NCBI RefSeq assembly: GCF_009914755.1
Contig: NC_060945.1
DNA: 64,000 nt
Strand: one strand, 5' to 3'
Source of the DNA: the human T2T-CHM13v2.0 reference genome, Homo sapiens
How positions within the stretch are numbered: position 1 is the first letter of the stretch; each line of letters begins with the position of its first letter. Shown here one piece after another: positions 12,681 through 36,190 of the stretch. The translations under genes and the position numbers were made by a program. The notes beneath the pieces were generated by a model. It saw nothing but the letters and a program-made list of their open reading frames with translations, had not been told where the DNA came from and searched no databases.

Positions 12681-15333
12681 AACAACAGAAAGATATACTG
12701 ACCACCTGTGATGCTGGCCAGGATGGCGTATGCATGCTATGGCCTGTCATTTCCACTGATCACAATTTGAAACTCTGGACAAAATATAAATAGCAATGAC
12801 CTAAGTACTCTGAAAAGTAACCAGCAGACAGGTTGGGAAACGTCAAAACCTGAAGAATTATCTGGATGGCGGTGGTGAGAGATCATATTCTGAGTCATAA
12901 AACAAACCCTAAAGTTAAACAATTAAAATTCAGTGAATTATTTTCTCTGATGACAGAATTAAACTAGGAATCTAGAACATTTCTAGAACATTCCCAACTA
13001 TGAGAAGTTAAATGGTGTACTTCTAAATGGCCCATAGGTCAAAGAGAGTATCTTAAGACAAATTGGAAAACAGTTTGAACTTAATAAATATGACATCATC
13101 TTATCAAAATATGTGCTTACAGGTCAATTTATAGCACTAAATTATGAGAAATGAAGCATCAAATCAATAATGTAAGCATTTACTTTAAGTAAAAAAAGAA
13201 CCAAATAAACTCAAATCAGGCATAAGAAAAACAGACTAAATCAGTAATATTTAAACAAAAACAGTAAAGGAAAAAAATTCAACGAAATCCAAAGTTGGTT
13301 CTTTGCAGGGGTGGTGGGAGGTGGAAATCAATCAAATGAGGAAGCCTCTAGCAGACTGACAAAGGAAGAAGAGAAAACACAAATTGCCAATACCAGAAAT
13401 GAAAGGAATATTATTACAAATCCTGTAGACACTAGAAGGCTATAATGGATACTACAAAAACAAAACAACTATATGCTTCTAAATTCTACAAATTAGGTGA
13501 AATAGGTCAATTCCTTGAAAGACAGACTACCAAAACTCAAGAAGAAACAGACAGCTTGAATACCCCTGTATTTATTAAAGAAACAGAAGTGGCACAGCAC
13601 TTTGGAAGACAATTTGGCAGGTTCTGATAAAGTCAAACGTACACGGACCATGTGACTCGGCAATCCTACCCTTAGGCATTTGCACAAGTGAAATGAAAAC
13701 CTATGCTCAGACAAAAAGCACCTTGTGAATTCCAATCCACTTATAATTTACCAAAAAGTGAAAATAGTCCATATTCCTCCAATGACAAACAAATAAGCAA
13801 ACCATGTAGTATTTATACAATGGATTACTATTTGGCAATAAAAAGGAATAACTGTGATGCAGTACATGAAAGTAGCCAGACTCAAAAGGCTACATCCTGA
13901 ACGATTCCATTTGTATAAAATTCTGAAAAAAAAGCAATGCTAGAGGAACACAGATCAGTGATTGCCAGAAGTTTACAATGGAAGGTTTTACTATAAAGGG
14001 CAAGGTAATTTTTGGAGTGATCATATAATTTTGTAATCTACCAAAAACAAACATAATAAATGGGCAGATAAGTAAAGTTCACGGATTGGAAAGTTCAATA
14101 TTGCAAAGGTCTCCCAAAAATGACCTATCAATTTAATCCCAGTGGAAATTCCAATCAGTTTTGTGAAGGCTGCTAAGTCAACTCTAAAATGGCCAAGAAT
14201 AGACAAGATCACCGGAGAGGAAGCAGGGAGGTGGACACAAATATCTTCTGATTGATGAGTGAAATCATTAGAAGGCCAGCAAAAATACAAGTAAGCCAGA
14301 ATTTCTAAAGCACCACAAAAGAACACTAGTTAGTAGAGCATATAGGTATCTCCCAAATTTGTTGTAAACATAGGCCTTTAAAAAAATATTAGAAACTGAT
14401 ATTTAAAGAGATATAAACTCATATTAAGCTTTTAAAAAATTCTAAGCAAGGGCCTCACCTAATTTCATAAAAGGTTGCATAGAAGCAACCATTGCTGCAA
14501 ACGATGTGCTGCCCTGAGATGTGAGGATCCCAGTGGTCCCTCTGGGTCAACAGCAGCTACCGCGGCTGAGCCCAAACTCTGATACATTATCTACAATCAT
14601 TATTTTTAACAATTTATATCAATGCTACCCATAAGGCACAGAGAAGCAGAAATGTTTATGTGGCCTCCTGCCAAAAACACTTGCACTTATTTCTAGGACT
14701 ACTCCAGAAGACAGTATTAGAAGTTTTTCAATTTAGAAAAACATTTACAGCAAAGAAAAAAATCTCTGTAAATTTCCTGCTTAACCAATCTAGTGAATTG
14801 TGATGAGCCATATAAATTCATTTAGCCACCTTATGAAAGACTTAATCCAAATTCACTTCTAACTTCTAGAAGAGCTAATGCATTATAATAACAGTTGTGA
14901 AAGACTCAAAGGCCAGAAATGTCAAGGTGTGGTCTATATCTTAAGTCCAGAAAAAAAACAAAAAGCAACATGTACAGGCCAAATGATTGCCAATTTCTTC
15001 TGCCTATGTCATCTTTCTTCACTATAACCTGAAATTACATTTCATGTTTGACAATTCTCAGCAAGGAGACAAAACAAGCTTATGAGTAAAATAATAGAAA
15101 GCAGAGCCACAGAGAGTACGAGAGGCAGGAGTCATCTCCCAAGTCCAAGTTCAACTTCTATATTATTAGTCAGGGCCTCAGTGTCTTTGAACTGTAAGGA
15201 ATTAATATTGATTGTAGCATGAGTAAAACCTATCTTCTACTCATCATGAAAAGTCACAGTCGTTTTGTTTAAAGACTCCAGAATTATTATGGGCAGAAAC
15301 AAGAAGGTTACACACCTATTTGGTGAAATGAGG

Positions 15334-16910
<1,577 letters not shown>

Positions 16911-17447
16911 GATTTTAACCAGTCTTAAGTGTGCAGTTATTGACATTAAGTGCATTCATGTTGTTGTACAACCATCACCACCATCCATCTCCAGAACATT
17001 TTCATCATCCCGAAGTGAAACTCTGTACCCAGTAAGCAATAAGCCCTCATTCCTCTCTACCCCAGCCTCTGGCAACCACCAATCTACCTTTTTTTTTTCT
17101 TTTTTTCTGACAGGGTCTCTCTGTCGCCCAGGTTGGAGTACAGTGGCATGATCATAGTTCACTGAAAGCTTGAACTCCCAGATTCGAGTGATCCAACCCA
17201 CCTCAGCCTCCCCAGTAGCTGGGACTACGGGTATGTTCCACCACACCTGACTTTTCTTTTTAAAGTAGAGATGAGGTCTCACTATGTTGTCTAGCCTGGT
17301 CTTGAACTCTTGGGCTGAAGCGATCCTCCCGCCTTATCCTTCCAAGATGTTGGGATTACAGGAATGAGCCACTGAGCCTGACTACCATTCTACTTTGTTT
17401 CTATGAATTTTACTTATCTAGGTATCTCATATAAGTGGAATCATATA
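16911..17447 (-). mobile_element. L1M 3' UTR interrupted by AluJ (17089-17382)
   Basis: CAACCATCACCACCATCCATCTCCAGAAC...CCTCTGGCAACCACCAATCTAC...TCATATAAGTGGAATCATA. The element resumes near 18445. Confidence 0.75.
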
Positions 17448-18440
17448 TAAGGGAGGAACAATATTTTTCCTCCACCCTTCTAATTTCTTGGCTGGGGCTC
17501 TAGTAACAAAAGACAGATTAACAAGAGAAAAACATACACATTTACTTAACATAAGTTTTATATGACACAGAAAAAATTGACTTTTCTGGAAGTAACTTGA
17601 TATAATTAGGAGCCTTTGTAAGGAAATAAAGACCTGAAGAAACAGTTAAACGTATGTCTTTGTATATTAGGTTTGTCAAAAGACTAAATTACAACAAATT
17701 AGGTTTTATATTAAGTTTATGAGAGGACTACAACAAATTTATAGATTTAATTGGCTTTTATTCATGATTCATGAATCTGGGCACCTTCCACTCTGCAAAA
17801 CAGAGAGAGTTCCCACTGGGCAATAGCAGAACCACAGGTTTTATGAGGTAGCAACAAGGAAACAGAATAGAAAAACCTGAGTGGTTAACATCAAGCTACT
17901 TCAGTTACTTTTTTGTAATGGTTAAAGCAGAGGGCACTTCCTTCTTCCACTGATTCAAGTAGACTGGAATCTCATGTTTTCAGGAAAAACTGGTCTGTTT
18001 GGGGATCTGCTTCCTTAAAGTTTCAGTTTGATGACACAGCATTTAGCATAAGTAATTCCATTTTGGTTTGGTCTGATCTGTTGAAGGCTAGTGCAGGAGC
18101 TCAGCCCAAAAGAATGGCCTCCCATAATTTTTAACAGTTTGATAAAAAGTGGAGAGAAGCAGAAAATTGCGAGAGGACAAAAAGGGTTAGGAGCTAAGTG
18201 TAGTAAACTGGGAGGAACAGCAGGACCTATCATTCAGATCCCTCTCAGCGTTATCTTAAGAGAGAAGGATGCTTCTTCCTCCAGGGACAGGGAGGGCACC
18301 TCTCACCCAAGGGCCTTGTGACCTGCATCAGAGAAGAGGGTGAGAAGGTCAGAGTGTCCTTCCTATCATTTCTGAGATTCCTTCAGCTTCAAACATTCAA
18401 TATGCTAAGGTGGCTATTTTGGAGATTATCAAGAAGCTGA
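17448..18440. mobile_element. Nested ERV1-class LTRs; inner MER4-group-like LTR at 17674-18136 (-)
   Basis: Inner element bounded by TG...CA with GTTT-like flanks and TGTTAAAAATTATGGGAGGCCATT start on the minus strand. Outer element has AACAAAAGACAGATTAACAAGAGAAAA. Subfamily uncertain. Confidence 0.6.
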
Positions 18441-18861
18441 TCACATAAAATACTTGTTCTTTGGTGACTGGTTTATTTCACGTGGCATAATGTCTTCCAT
18501 GTTCATCCATGGTGTAGCATGTGTCAGAATTGCCTTTCTCTGTAAGCCTGAATAGTATTCTACTGCATATAGTGTATATATACCATATTTTGTTTATTCA
18601 TTTGCAGATAGACTCTTGGCTTGCTTCCACCTTTTGGCTATTATGGATAATGCAATGGTATATTTTAACTACAGATCTTTTTACACCAAATAGACATAAA
18701 CAATCAAAAGAATTTATCCTAGGCCCACAGAGAAGGCAGATGGGGTCCCTGATCGATTACAGGGGTTCTCTTTTTAAAATGACTTCTTCATAAACCTATG
18801 TGAGGGGAATACTGACAGTACCTACTTTTTATAGATGGAAATTCTATTTAAGAGCTCTCAT

Positions 18862-19156
<295 letters not shown>

Positions 19157-19366
19157 TTCTCATTACTTTCTCATATTACACAGAGGAGTTAAATATGACA
19201 ATTAACTGAAGAAAGACAAACTGCTAATCTCAAGCAGTTATTACAAACTGTCAAGTGAATATAGACAGCAATCTGCAGTTTGAAAATGCCAATCACTACA
19301 AATCACAGGAAAAACATCTGTGCTTCAGTGGAAACACTACATTGTTTAGATCACACTCCTTCAGAC

Positions 19367-19651
19367 TTTTGAGATAGGATCTCCCTCCATCACCCAGACT
19401 GGAATGCAAGGGTATGATCCTGGCTCACAGCAACCTCCACTTCCCTGGCTCAAGGGATTCTCCCACCTCAGCCTCCTGAGTAGCTGGGACTACAGGCTCA
19501 TGCCATCATGCTCAGCTAATTTTTGGAAACTTTTTTGTAGAGAGAGGGTCTATGTTGCTCAGGCTGGTCTCGAAATCCTGGGGTCAAGTGATCTGTCTAC
19601 CTCAACCTCCCAAAGTGCTGGGATAACAGGCGTGAGCCACTGCACCCAGCC
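19367..19651 (-). mobile_element. AluJ
   Basis: Antisense diverged Alu. Confidence 0.83.
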
Positions 19652-20889
19652 CCTTTAAGGTTTTCTAGTCTAGCCTTTCACCTGTTTTATGGTATGTGAA
19701 GTTGAAAAGAACTGATAATGCAAATGATTCTTGTTTATAAACATGCAAATCAACCTGCCTTGGAAAGCCAATCCTTCTCCATGTGGCAAAGCCACTTATG
19801 CATCAATTTCCAGTTTATTTCAATATTCTGAGTAATAGATGTGTCCGTCCCTTTGGGTTCCCTTTTGAACTGGTTGTAACATCTCACTGCTCACTTCATT
19901 AATAAAATATTTAACATTTATATTTATATGAGTGATGGTTTTTCCTGTTTTTGAAAAGTTACCCTTTAACAAATATAACATGCACAGGTGAGTTAATGCC
20001 ATGCTTCTCAAAGTATGGCCTGTGGAAGGAGCAGCCTGGTGCTCCCTCGCAGTATTTTTGACAGAAGTGCAGACCACTGGGCCCCACCTCAGGAGTGTGG
20101 AGTTGTAGCCGGATCCCTTTCACTGACACATTAAAGTTAGAGCCACCCTAGGTTAATACACATCACTGACCGGCCTCAAGGAATAGGAGTGCTGGGTCTA
20201 TCAGTCTCTCCCAACCATTCCCTGGGCTTTGCCAAGTGCTTTCTGCCTGCCAAGCTCACTCTTGGATCAGATGGGGCCTCCCTGCCAGCAGTTCTACCTC
20301 ATCCTCTCTGCACCTAAGTCAACTCCGGAGTTCACAGACCTCACTTCTGATCTCCACCGCGCCTCCTCCCCTTCCACGGTGACTCAAACCTTAAGGCAGT
20401 GAAAATAAGGAGACTCACAAACTAGGAGACTACAGCTTCAGACCACACATTTTCCACTGAGCCAGTACCTGAGCAAAAACTAGTTTTCTGGAGTTGGGGG
20501 GATGAGGAAGATTCAATATTGAAAGTGTCCTTGGTGGCATTTCAAAGCTCAACATCATCTAACAAAAATTTTATTCCTTTTTCATTTCTGTTAGGGAATG
20601 TTTAGTTTTTCCTCTTTGATAATGAAAATTTGGTTAACAAACATTGCTTTGGACCAATCTTCCTTTTCACAAATCACTGAGGTGTGTCTATCCACAAGTT
20701 CTCAGTTCAGCCTACATTTTCCAGTCTTCCATTTACCTATTCAACTAATACCTGAGTGCCTGGCATGTGTCGGCCCTGTGAACATGCTGGTGACAGTGTG
20801 AGCAGGCAGGGCTGGTTCCTGTCCTCATGAAGCTTATACTACCTGAGGCTGGGGTGTAGAAATTGACACATTTAAAAAGCCACTGAGAC

Positions 20890-20892
<3 letters not shown>

Positions 20893-20932
<40 letters not shown>
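20893..20932. repeat. (A)n(TA)n compound microsatellite
   Basis: A run followed directly by a TA run. Confidence 0.95.
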
Positions 20933-22188
20933 TGGCATACAAAGATGCTGAGCTGGAGCTTTGGAAAATGAAGAAAAAGTAATACAAATTTAAAATGTGA
21001 CATCGAGGAATGAAGATCATCACTTACCATATCCTATGTTTAAAAAATCTAATGTCCATAGGAAGTTGTCTGGGAGGTGGGCAGGGTTTCATACTGTAAT
21101 GAGTATTTAGAAAGTTTAGAAAAGTTCTAATGGTTCTTAATTTAAGAATTATAAGAGGTAGATTCAGGTAGAGAGAGATTCCCATGATATTCACTGCTGA
21201 GTGGAGAAGGAGATCCATCCCCCTCCACTCACAAACATCCTCTTGGTGTTTTTACTCGACAGTCCTTCATTTAGCTGATCCATCTGTATTTATATTTGTT
21301 CTCTTCCGGATCTTGTTTCATAGTCAATATCAAGTGTTTTTGTGTAAACTGCCTGGTGTTGACAGACCAGGCTCGAAGGTAGGCACCATTCACACAGCAT
21401 TGCATTTAATCTTCACAAGACCCCTGCAAGGTGGGTCTCAGCCTCCCCTGATACAGGTGAAGCAGGAGGCTCAGGGCTGCTACAACTTGCCCCCAGTCCC
21501 AGAGCTGGTACACAGCAACCCAGATTGACGGATTCCAATACCCATCCATGCTGCCTTGCCTAACCATGTTGTTGGTGCCAAAATTGTTTAAATTAACCCG
21601 AGTTTATCTAAAATTAACTCAAAGTTAACATACGCTATTTGGAAGTAGTGGTGGCAATGACTTATCAGAGAACTTTTAAGAGAAACAGCTGTGGCAAACG
21701 AGCCTGACTCACACTGAAATTATCTGTAATCAAGTTGCCAACTGACAACTGATTAGTGAATGAAGCTGAGCGCCAGGACTCATGACAGCTGTTTCATAAA
21801 CACGCCCTCATTCCTCCTTTTGGCCGACTACTAAAGGGTTTAGGTGTCATGCAGCATTTAGATGTTATGCAGAATGAGCAACAAGCAAAATGTAGGTGCA
21901 ATCAGATAAGAGTGGAGAATTACCAGTATCTTTACAATCACCTGTTGGGCATTTCTGTTGATAATCACCAATTCAGAACAGCAAGGACTGAGAAGCCACA
22001 AGATTCCCTTAAAAGGCCTCATCCACTTGCATACTTTTGTTTTCAGGAAACAAAAATTATGTTATGTGGGCTCACAGTCAATAGATTTTTGTTCTGATTT
22101 GTATTTCCATGATACATAATTAAGTTTTGTGGTTTGAGGTTGAAAGAATTCTGAATGTGTATGCTAACACTGATTCACATTAAAGCTA

Positions 22189-22503
<315 letters not shown>

Positions 22504-22633
22504 CTATATATTAAGTAGATGATTGAATATTTTAACCAAGGGTGTAAATTATTAACGAGGATATTTAAAAAGCAATGAATTGAAATTGCTGACATTTTTA
22601 AGAGAGCTGTTTCTTTCCCTAAAGTTTTAATAT

Positions 22634-22636
<3 letters not shown>

Positions 22637-22672
<36 letters not shown>
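22637..22672. repeat. (CA)n microsatellite
   Basis: Perfect AC run of ~18 units. Confidence 0.95.
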
Positions 22673-22678
<6 letters not shown>

Positions 22679-23627
22679 TTAGGTGGTGCCAATAAAAAGG
22701 AAACAAAAATAAAATGGAGAAATGGAGGTAATGATGACCCCAAGCTAAAGGAAGAGGAGGAGGGGGGTAGATATATGTTATTTTCGTTCTTTCCTATTTC
22801 ACTCTTCACTGGAAAAGCACTTGAGTTACAGTTTGTGATTCTGTTAGTCCTTCAATATGGTAAAACAAACAGGTTTATCTCATGTGCAAATAATCAATGA
22901 GGAGTGGTTGCCTCCAAGAGCCTGGGTAATGTTGACCTTAGTGGGAAGGATCTGAATCAGCTGCCAGGGCCACACACGTGCTGTGTGTTTGTTGATCCCG
23001 CCTTATGTCAACCAGTCAACATCAAAAACTATCAGGGCATTGCTAGACAACCGCTTCTTCAGTCTTCACTAGTCAATTATTGTGATTAGGATATTTTCTT
23101 TTCCTAAACGGAACTTGATAGATGGATAGAATGGATTCTACATCGCATTTTTTTCCCCTCTATCAGGCACAGATGCCGTTGAGTATATCGTCTCCTCCTT
23201 CTGTGCAGGGAGCCCGCCCTATGTAAGGTTAACAGGAAGGACACAAAGGTATGCAGTGTAGAAAAAAATAGAAATAAGGACCCAGGCATAACTCTGAAGG
23301 AGCTTCTAACCATGTTGTGCAGATGAGGAAGACTCAATAATTAGTAAGTTATCCAAAGAAATTAGGGCTTTTTACTAGCAGAACAGTAAAAATTCTAAGT
23401 TTGATAACACGCTGAGTTCAGAAGGCTGTGGGAAAGAGGTATTCACTCATATTGCTGCTAGAAGTATAAACTGGTATAACCCGTCTAGAGGAGAGTGATT
23501 TAACAATTATCAAAACTAACTACCTAGTCCACATCTAGACATTTATTTTGCAGATATACTTGCCCAAATGCAAAATGTCAGATACACATTGTTTCTTGCA
23601 GCTTTGCTTATAATTGTAAAAATAGCT

Positions 23628-24385
<758 letters not shown>

Positions 24386-25289
24386 ATAGCAAATGTCTGG
24401 AAACAAACTGGATGTCCATCAGCAGTGGACTGATTCAATAAATTATGATAAATTCATACAACAGAATACAGTTGTTTAAAATATGAGAAAATGTATTATG
24501 TACTAAACAGAAAACTCACCAAAATATAATGTTAGGTGAAAAAACAAAGTACAGAACAGACACAGGAATGCAGTATACATAATTTGCTTGTATATATGAG
24601 GATTAAACTATCTCTGGAATGATATACCAGAAATTAATCATGGTGGTTACCTGTAGGACAGGAAGAGGGTGCTGGCATTGCAAGAATGAGACTTTTCACT
24701 AACACTCTTTCATAATTTTTTATCTTAGAAACTTGTAACTATATTACTTATCCAAAAAGTAAAATAATAAAGTCTAGAAAGAGTAAAAAGAAAACAAAGT
24801 GTAAAAAAAGTTATAGATGGGGGATAAGTTCCCATTGTAAGACTCTTTATGCTAGAGCTGTACAGTTTTTAAAAATGAGAAGTATGTATATGTTACCAGG
24901 AATGCCAGGATATATGATCAAGTGACTGAAAACTATGAGCAAAATAAAAAACAGAAAAAAGAAACAAACCCACAAGTGCTTCAGGTATTAGAATTATCAG
25001 ACATGAACTTTAAAGTCATTGGTAATATTATCAAACCTAGGTTTAAATAACTAGTAGTTTTTTTTTTTTTATCTTGGTGCTAGTTACAGAGGTTTATTTA
25101 CATTGTGATAATTCATCCACCTGTACCTTTAAGATGGCACACTTTCTCTCAGGTATATTATGCTTCAATAATATTTTACAAAAGTAGAAAACTTGTGGGA
25201 TGTGACTAAATCTGGGGTGGGGGGAATCTATAATCGTAAACACATGTATTTGAAAACAAAACAAAAAAAGTACTGAAAAACTGATATGA

Positions 25290-25399
25290 TAGGTGTGGTG
25301 GCTCACATGTATAATCCCAACATTTTGGAAGGCCAAAGCAGGAGGTTTGCTTGAGGCCAGAACTTCAATACCAGCCCAGGCAACATAGTAAGACCTGTC

Positions 25400-25447
<48 letters not shown>

Positions 25448-25610
25448 TGGGCATGGTGACACACACCTGTGGTCCCAGCTACTTGGAAGGCTGAGGAGGG
25501 AGGATTGGATCACTTGAGCTCAGTCATTTAAGGCTGCTAATGAGCTATGATTCATCACTGCACTATAGCCTGAGTGACACAGTAAGACCCTGTCTCAAAA
25601 AAAAGAAAAA
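25290..25610 (+). mobile_element. AluJ with expanded central A tract
   Basis: ~38 A between the two monomers. Confidence 0.85.
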
Positions 25611-25796
25611 GAAAAAACTCCAATGATCTATGCATCCATCTCAAAAATCCCAGCAAATTAAGCTGAATGAAATTAAAATGATGGAAATAATAAGGATAAA
25701 AGCTGAAATCAATGAAAAAAAAACCAAAGACATAATAGAGAAAATATAAAAAGCCAAAGCTGTTTCTTTGAAAACAGTATTCCAGTTGCTAATCTC

Positions 25797-27815
<2,019 letters not shown>

Positions 27816-27981
27816 AGTAAGAGTTGTGCCTAACTAATCAGGCACAAGTTAGAATATAAGGAGTGAAGAGTTATCACTATAGATCCTACAGATACTAAAA
27901 AGATAAGAGTTTGTTTTACTATAAGCAAGCCTATCACAATAAGACAATTTAGATTAAAAGGCTGGTAAGTTTTATGCTTTG

Positions 27982-29222
<1,241 letters not shown>

Positions 29223-29429
29223 GTTTCAGTAAACAGCCTTGAACTCCTGGCCTCAAGTGATCCTCCCACCTCACCCTCCTGAGTAGTAGTTGGGACTACA
29301 GGCTGCAGAAACTTTTAAGAGAAAATAGAGGGAACAAACCCAAGCTCATTTATTCAGATTAAGATAAACTTGATATCAAAACTAGACTTGTCACAGAGAA
29401 TGCAAGAGGCGGGAGTTATTTCCCAAATC

Positions 29430-30985
<1,556 letters not shown>

Positions 30986-30994
30986 ATAGTGGCA

Positions 30995-31259
<265 letters not shown>

Positions 31260-32779
31260 CTAGAGAGGAGTAATACACTCAACTAGCAATGCTAGTTTCA
31301 ATTTAGGGTGAATTAGTTCAGTAGAGAACCGAAGTACATGCACTAGCCTGAATATGTTAATTTAAATTAAAAAAAAACAAAAACTTAAAAAAAAATTAGA
31401 GATGGGGTCTCGACATGTTGCCCGGGCTGAATCCAAACTCCTAGGCTTAAGCAGTCCTCCTGCCTCAGCTTCCCAAGTAGCTGAATAAGCTAATTAACTT
31501 GTTTTGTTTCTCTCAGGGAGTGCACAATAGGTGGAGGGAGGAGGCAGGAGTGTTGGGATGAGAGCACCTTCCCAAGAAAAGGCCTGGAAGAGTTTATACC
31601 AACCAGGAAAGGCCTGGGGCACAGCAAAAGGAACTGGCCTTTACCTCTGGGAGAAAGGAATGCCTCCTCCCTTCCTCCAGCCTCCCTTAAGAAAAATACC
31701 CAGGAATACCCCCAGCCCTGTGAGCACAGAGCACTGGTGTGAGTTGTTTACTTGTTAATGAGTTTGCACCACTGTCTGCATGTAATGAGTCATTCAGGTC
31801 ATTCTGGGATGATGTTAGCATGCACAAACCCCTCCTTTAATCTGGTTGGCTAGTTCAGAATAGACAAGTTTTAACACTGCTTCCTTCTCCCATCAAGAAG
31901 TAAAGCCCAGGTTCTGAGGAACAGACTCCATCTGCAGACCATGTTTGGTGAACCTGAGCTTTGGGAAAGACACGGCTTCAAGCCTCAAGTCGTTTTGCCC
32001 CTTCCTGTGGCTGACAGCATCAGAGGTCAGGATCACAATGAATTTTACCATTTTGATGGGGATTTTAAAACGTGACTGTTTAAAAAACGCTTCTTTGAAA
32101 ATTTTTTTAATCTTGATTTATATAAGCATTTATTTCTTGATAAGATTTGAATTATAACCTAATTGATAGACTTAATATTCTTCGGGGCTAAGACTACATG
32201 AGAAAAAAATGTTATACAGATTTTTTAAATGATTCCTGGGCTTAAGGAAAAAATTACTTTTAAATCCTTACCAGTCTCCCAGATAATTAGTGAGCAGGTG
32301 TTGCCTGGGAGTGTAAAGATTTTTAGGTCTTATGACCTCGTGGCCGCTTGGTCCAAAAAATAAGATTACTTGCCTCTTTCCTTATTCTTACCGGATAGAA
32401 TGAGACTCGTTTAAAACATCTCGTTTAGGTTAGAAAAGAAAATGGGAGACCATATTTGTAATTGACCTAACATTTATAAGTACCTGATTTAAATGAACTT
32501 TACTCAAAGCACACTCCACAAAAGGCACTTCAAATTTCACTGGAGCACAGCCCTTTGTGTTGTAGAATAATGTAGAATAAAATGGCTTTCTTTTTTAACA
32601 CCACCACAACACTCAAGGAAATGAAAGTAGGTAAGGCATCTATCTGTGAACAGCAGTGCTATCCATTCCATGAATGTATAGGGTTTACTCCATGTTAGGC
32701 ACTAGGGACAGGATGGCAAACAGGGCAGACAGGTCCCCTGACCTCTTCCACCACCCTACAGTCGAGTGAAGAAAGTAGA

Positions 32780-33217
32780 TTTTTTAAAAATTATTATTAT
32801 ACTTTAAGTTTTAGGGTAAACGTGCACAATGTGCAGATTAGTTACATATGTATACATGTGCCATGCTGGTGTGCTGCACCCATTAACTCGTCATTTAGCA
32901 TTAGGTATATCTCCTAATGCTGTCCCTCCCCCCTCCCCCTACCCCACATTGCTCTTGTCTCCCAGGCTGGAGAACAGTGGTGCTATCTCGGCTCACTGCA
33001 ACCTCCGCCTCCTGGGTTCAAGCAATTCTCCTGCCTCAGCCACGTGAGTAGCTAGGATTACAGGTGTGCAACATGACACCTGGCTAATTTTGTATTTTTA
33101 GTAGAGATGGGGTTTTGCCAGTTGACCAGACTGGTCTCGAACCCCTGACCTCAGGTGATCCTCCCGCCTTGGCCTCCCAAAATGCTGGGATTACAGGCGT
33201 GAGCCACCATGTCCAGC
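32780..33217 (-). mobile_element. AluS (32949-33217) fused directly to a young L1PA 3' end (32780-32948)
   Basis: TTATTATACTTTAAGTTTTAGGGT...CCCCCTACCCCACA joined to TTGCTCTTGTCTCCCAGGCTGG. The Alu 3' terminus and tail are missing. Confidence 0.9.
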
Positions 33218-33279
33218 TAGATTTTAAATATTAACAAAATAATTACAAGTTCTGATTATTACTATTAAGAGAAAAGCAC

Positions 33280-33885
33280 AGAGATAAAATAACATCAGAG
33301 AGGGGGCACCACCACTTTAGGAAGCCAGGTAAGGGCTGGAGGAGGTGAAATTTAGGCAAAGATTAAAGGACATTAGGAGTCAGACCTGCCATAGCAGGAG
33401 GGAATAGCATCCCTGGCAGAGAGGAAAGCTTGTTCAGAGCCACAGTCCTGAAAGAAGCTTGTTTGAGGGACTACAAGAAGACCAATGTGCTTGAAGCATA
33501 ATACATCTAAGATCAGATGTGTGATGAGTTTGAAGAGGCAGTTAGATCACCGTAAGAACTTTGGAGGGCTTTTGGCAGGAGAGTGACATGATCTGATCTG
33601 ATGTATATTTTGAAAGGTCACTCCAGCTTCCAGGTAGCAGTGGAAGAAGACATGCAAAAATCACAATCATAACTTACACGGCGTGGTAGCTTGGAGTACG
33701 GAGGAAGAGGAAGAACATTTGGGGCATATTTTGGAAGTGGAATAAACAGCAGATCTGCTGGTGGATGGAGAAGGGTGGGGTGAGGGTTGGTAATGAGGAG
33801 CCAAGGATGACTCTTTTTCAGGTTGGAGTAACTGGGAAGGCTTGGAAGACTAGTGGAGAAACAGGTTTGGAGAGAGAAGTCTCAG
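33280..33885 (-). mobile_element. L2 fragment
   Basis: GGCAGGAGAGTGACATGATCTGAT..TTTGAAAGGTCACTC..GAGCCAAGGATGACTC. Confidence 0.7.
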
Positions 33886-33966
33886 TCCCTTAGTCATTCA
33901 CCTCAGTTTCTTAGTCACTGGAATACCTTCGATCTCTTATCTACCACTTCTTTAAAAACATGCGTA

Positions 33967-34447
<481 letters not shown>

Positions 34448-35545
34448 CTAAACTAACCCCAGATTTTATATATATATATATATAAAAAACAAGAGCTTAC
34501 AGAACAGGCAGCACCAAGTGGGAGCTGGGGGGCTTGTCTTGATGTTGCATTTGATAAATATACACCGTTTTTACTCAGATTATATTTTTGCTTAGATTTG
34601 GGCTAAAGATCCCCAAAGCTGCCCCTTGGTATTGACACTCATTAAGAAATTAAGGAAGAGATAGTACTATTGAACTATTTTCCAAAAAAAGAAAAAAAAA
34701 AAGACAAAAACCCAAAACAAATGGGATGTGATGTACATTTTCCATGTTATTTTATACATGAGCTATCTTTCCAATACTGAAGTTGGTTTAGCAAGAAAAG
34801 AATTAAAGACTTCAAAGTGCAAGCCAAGAGCCAAAACCACTCTCAACAGCCCAAGGTTGTGAACGTATTTAATTTTCCCTTTCCCTGGGAAGTCATTTCT
34901 TGGATCATTGACTTACTATTATTCTGTAAAACAGTGGTAGCCCCTGCCTTCCTCTGCTTGCTGCCAAGAGTATGATCCAGCAGTGGGGTCTGAAGAGTTT
35001 ATGTTTATTGGATTTTAATGACTTAGTTAACAAAGGTCATTCCTAAAAGTAATAGAAAACTAAGGGTGTGGAAACAGAACGGAAAAGACTGACTCGAGGG
35101 TTATTTCTAGTAGTTCCTTGGTGTTGTCCTTAGATACATGTTTAATCCTTAAAAGCAATTATGAAGGAGTCTTCCTCATAACCAATTTACTGATGCTATA
35201 TTCAACTATACTTGTAAAATGTTATTTTAGACCTCTCAGTAACAAAAGGAACAGGGCTTAAAATATGTTAGATAATATTGCCATAAACAATGTACAGTTA
35301 ACATAATATTGCTGACAGTATAATTGTAATTCACTGTAATACTTGAATGCCACAACTGTAGTGCTTCCATTATCGCTGACAGTAGGAAATAACTTCAGTC
35401 TCAGGTGAAATCTGGTTGGATACAAATCTCCAAGTTAAAAGAAACCTCAAAGACCATTTAATCTTGTCCTTTTAAATATTTAGTAACTCATTTGGTAGTA
35501 AATATTTATCCAAATTATGTTTCTTAGACTGTAAAAGAATTTCCA

Positions 35546-36190
<645 letters not shown>

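Noticed and set aside
23168-23222. Possible + strand micro-exon (TTTTTTCCCCTCTATCAG...TAT|GTAAGG)
   Set aside because: Splice-like signals alone occur often by chance. No recognisable product or partner exon.
31860-32075. Possible minus-strand cryptic exon downstream of FANK1 exon 1
   Set aside because: The acceptor is only moderate, there is no convincing donor, and an in-frame stop follows immediately.
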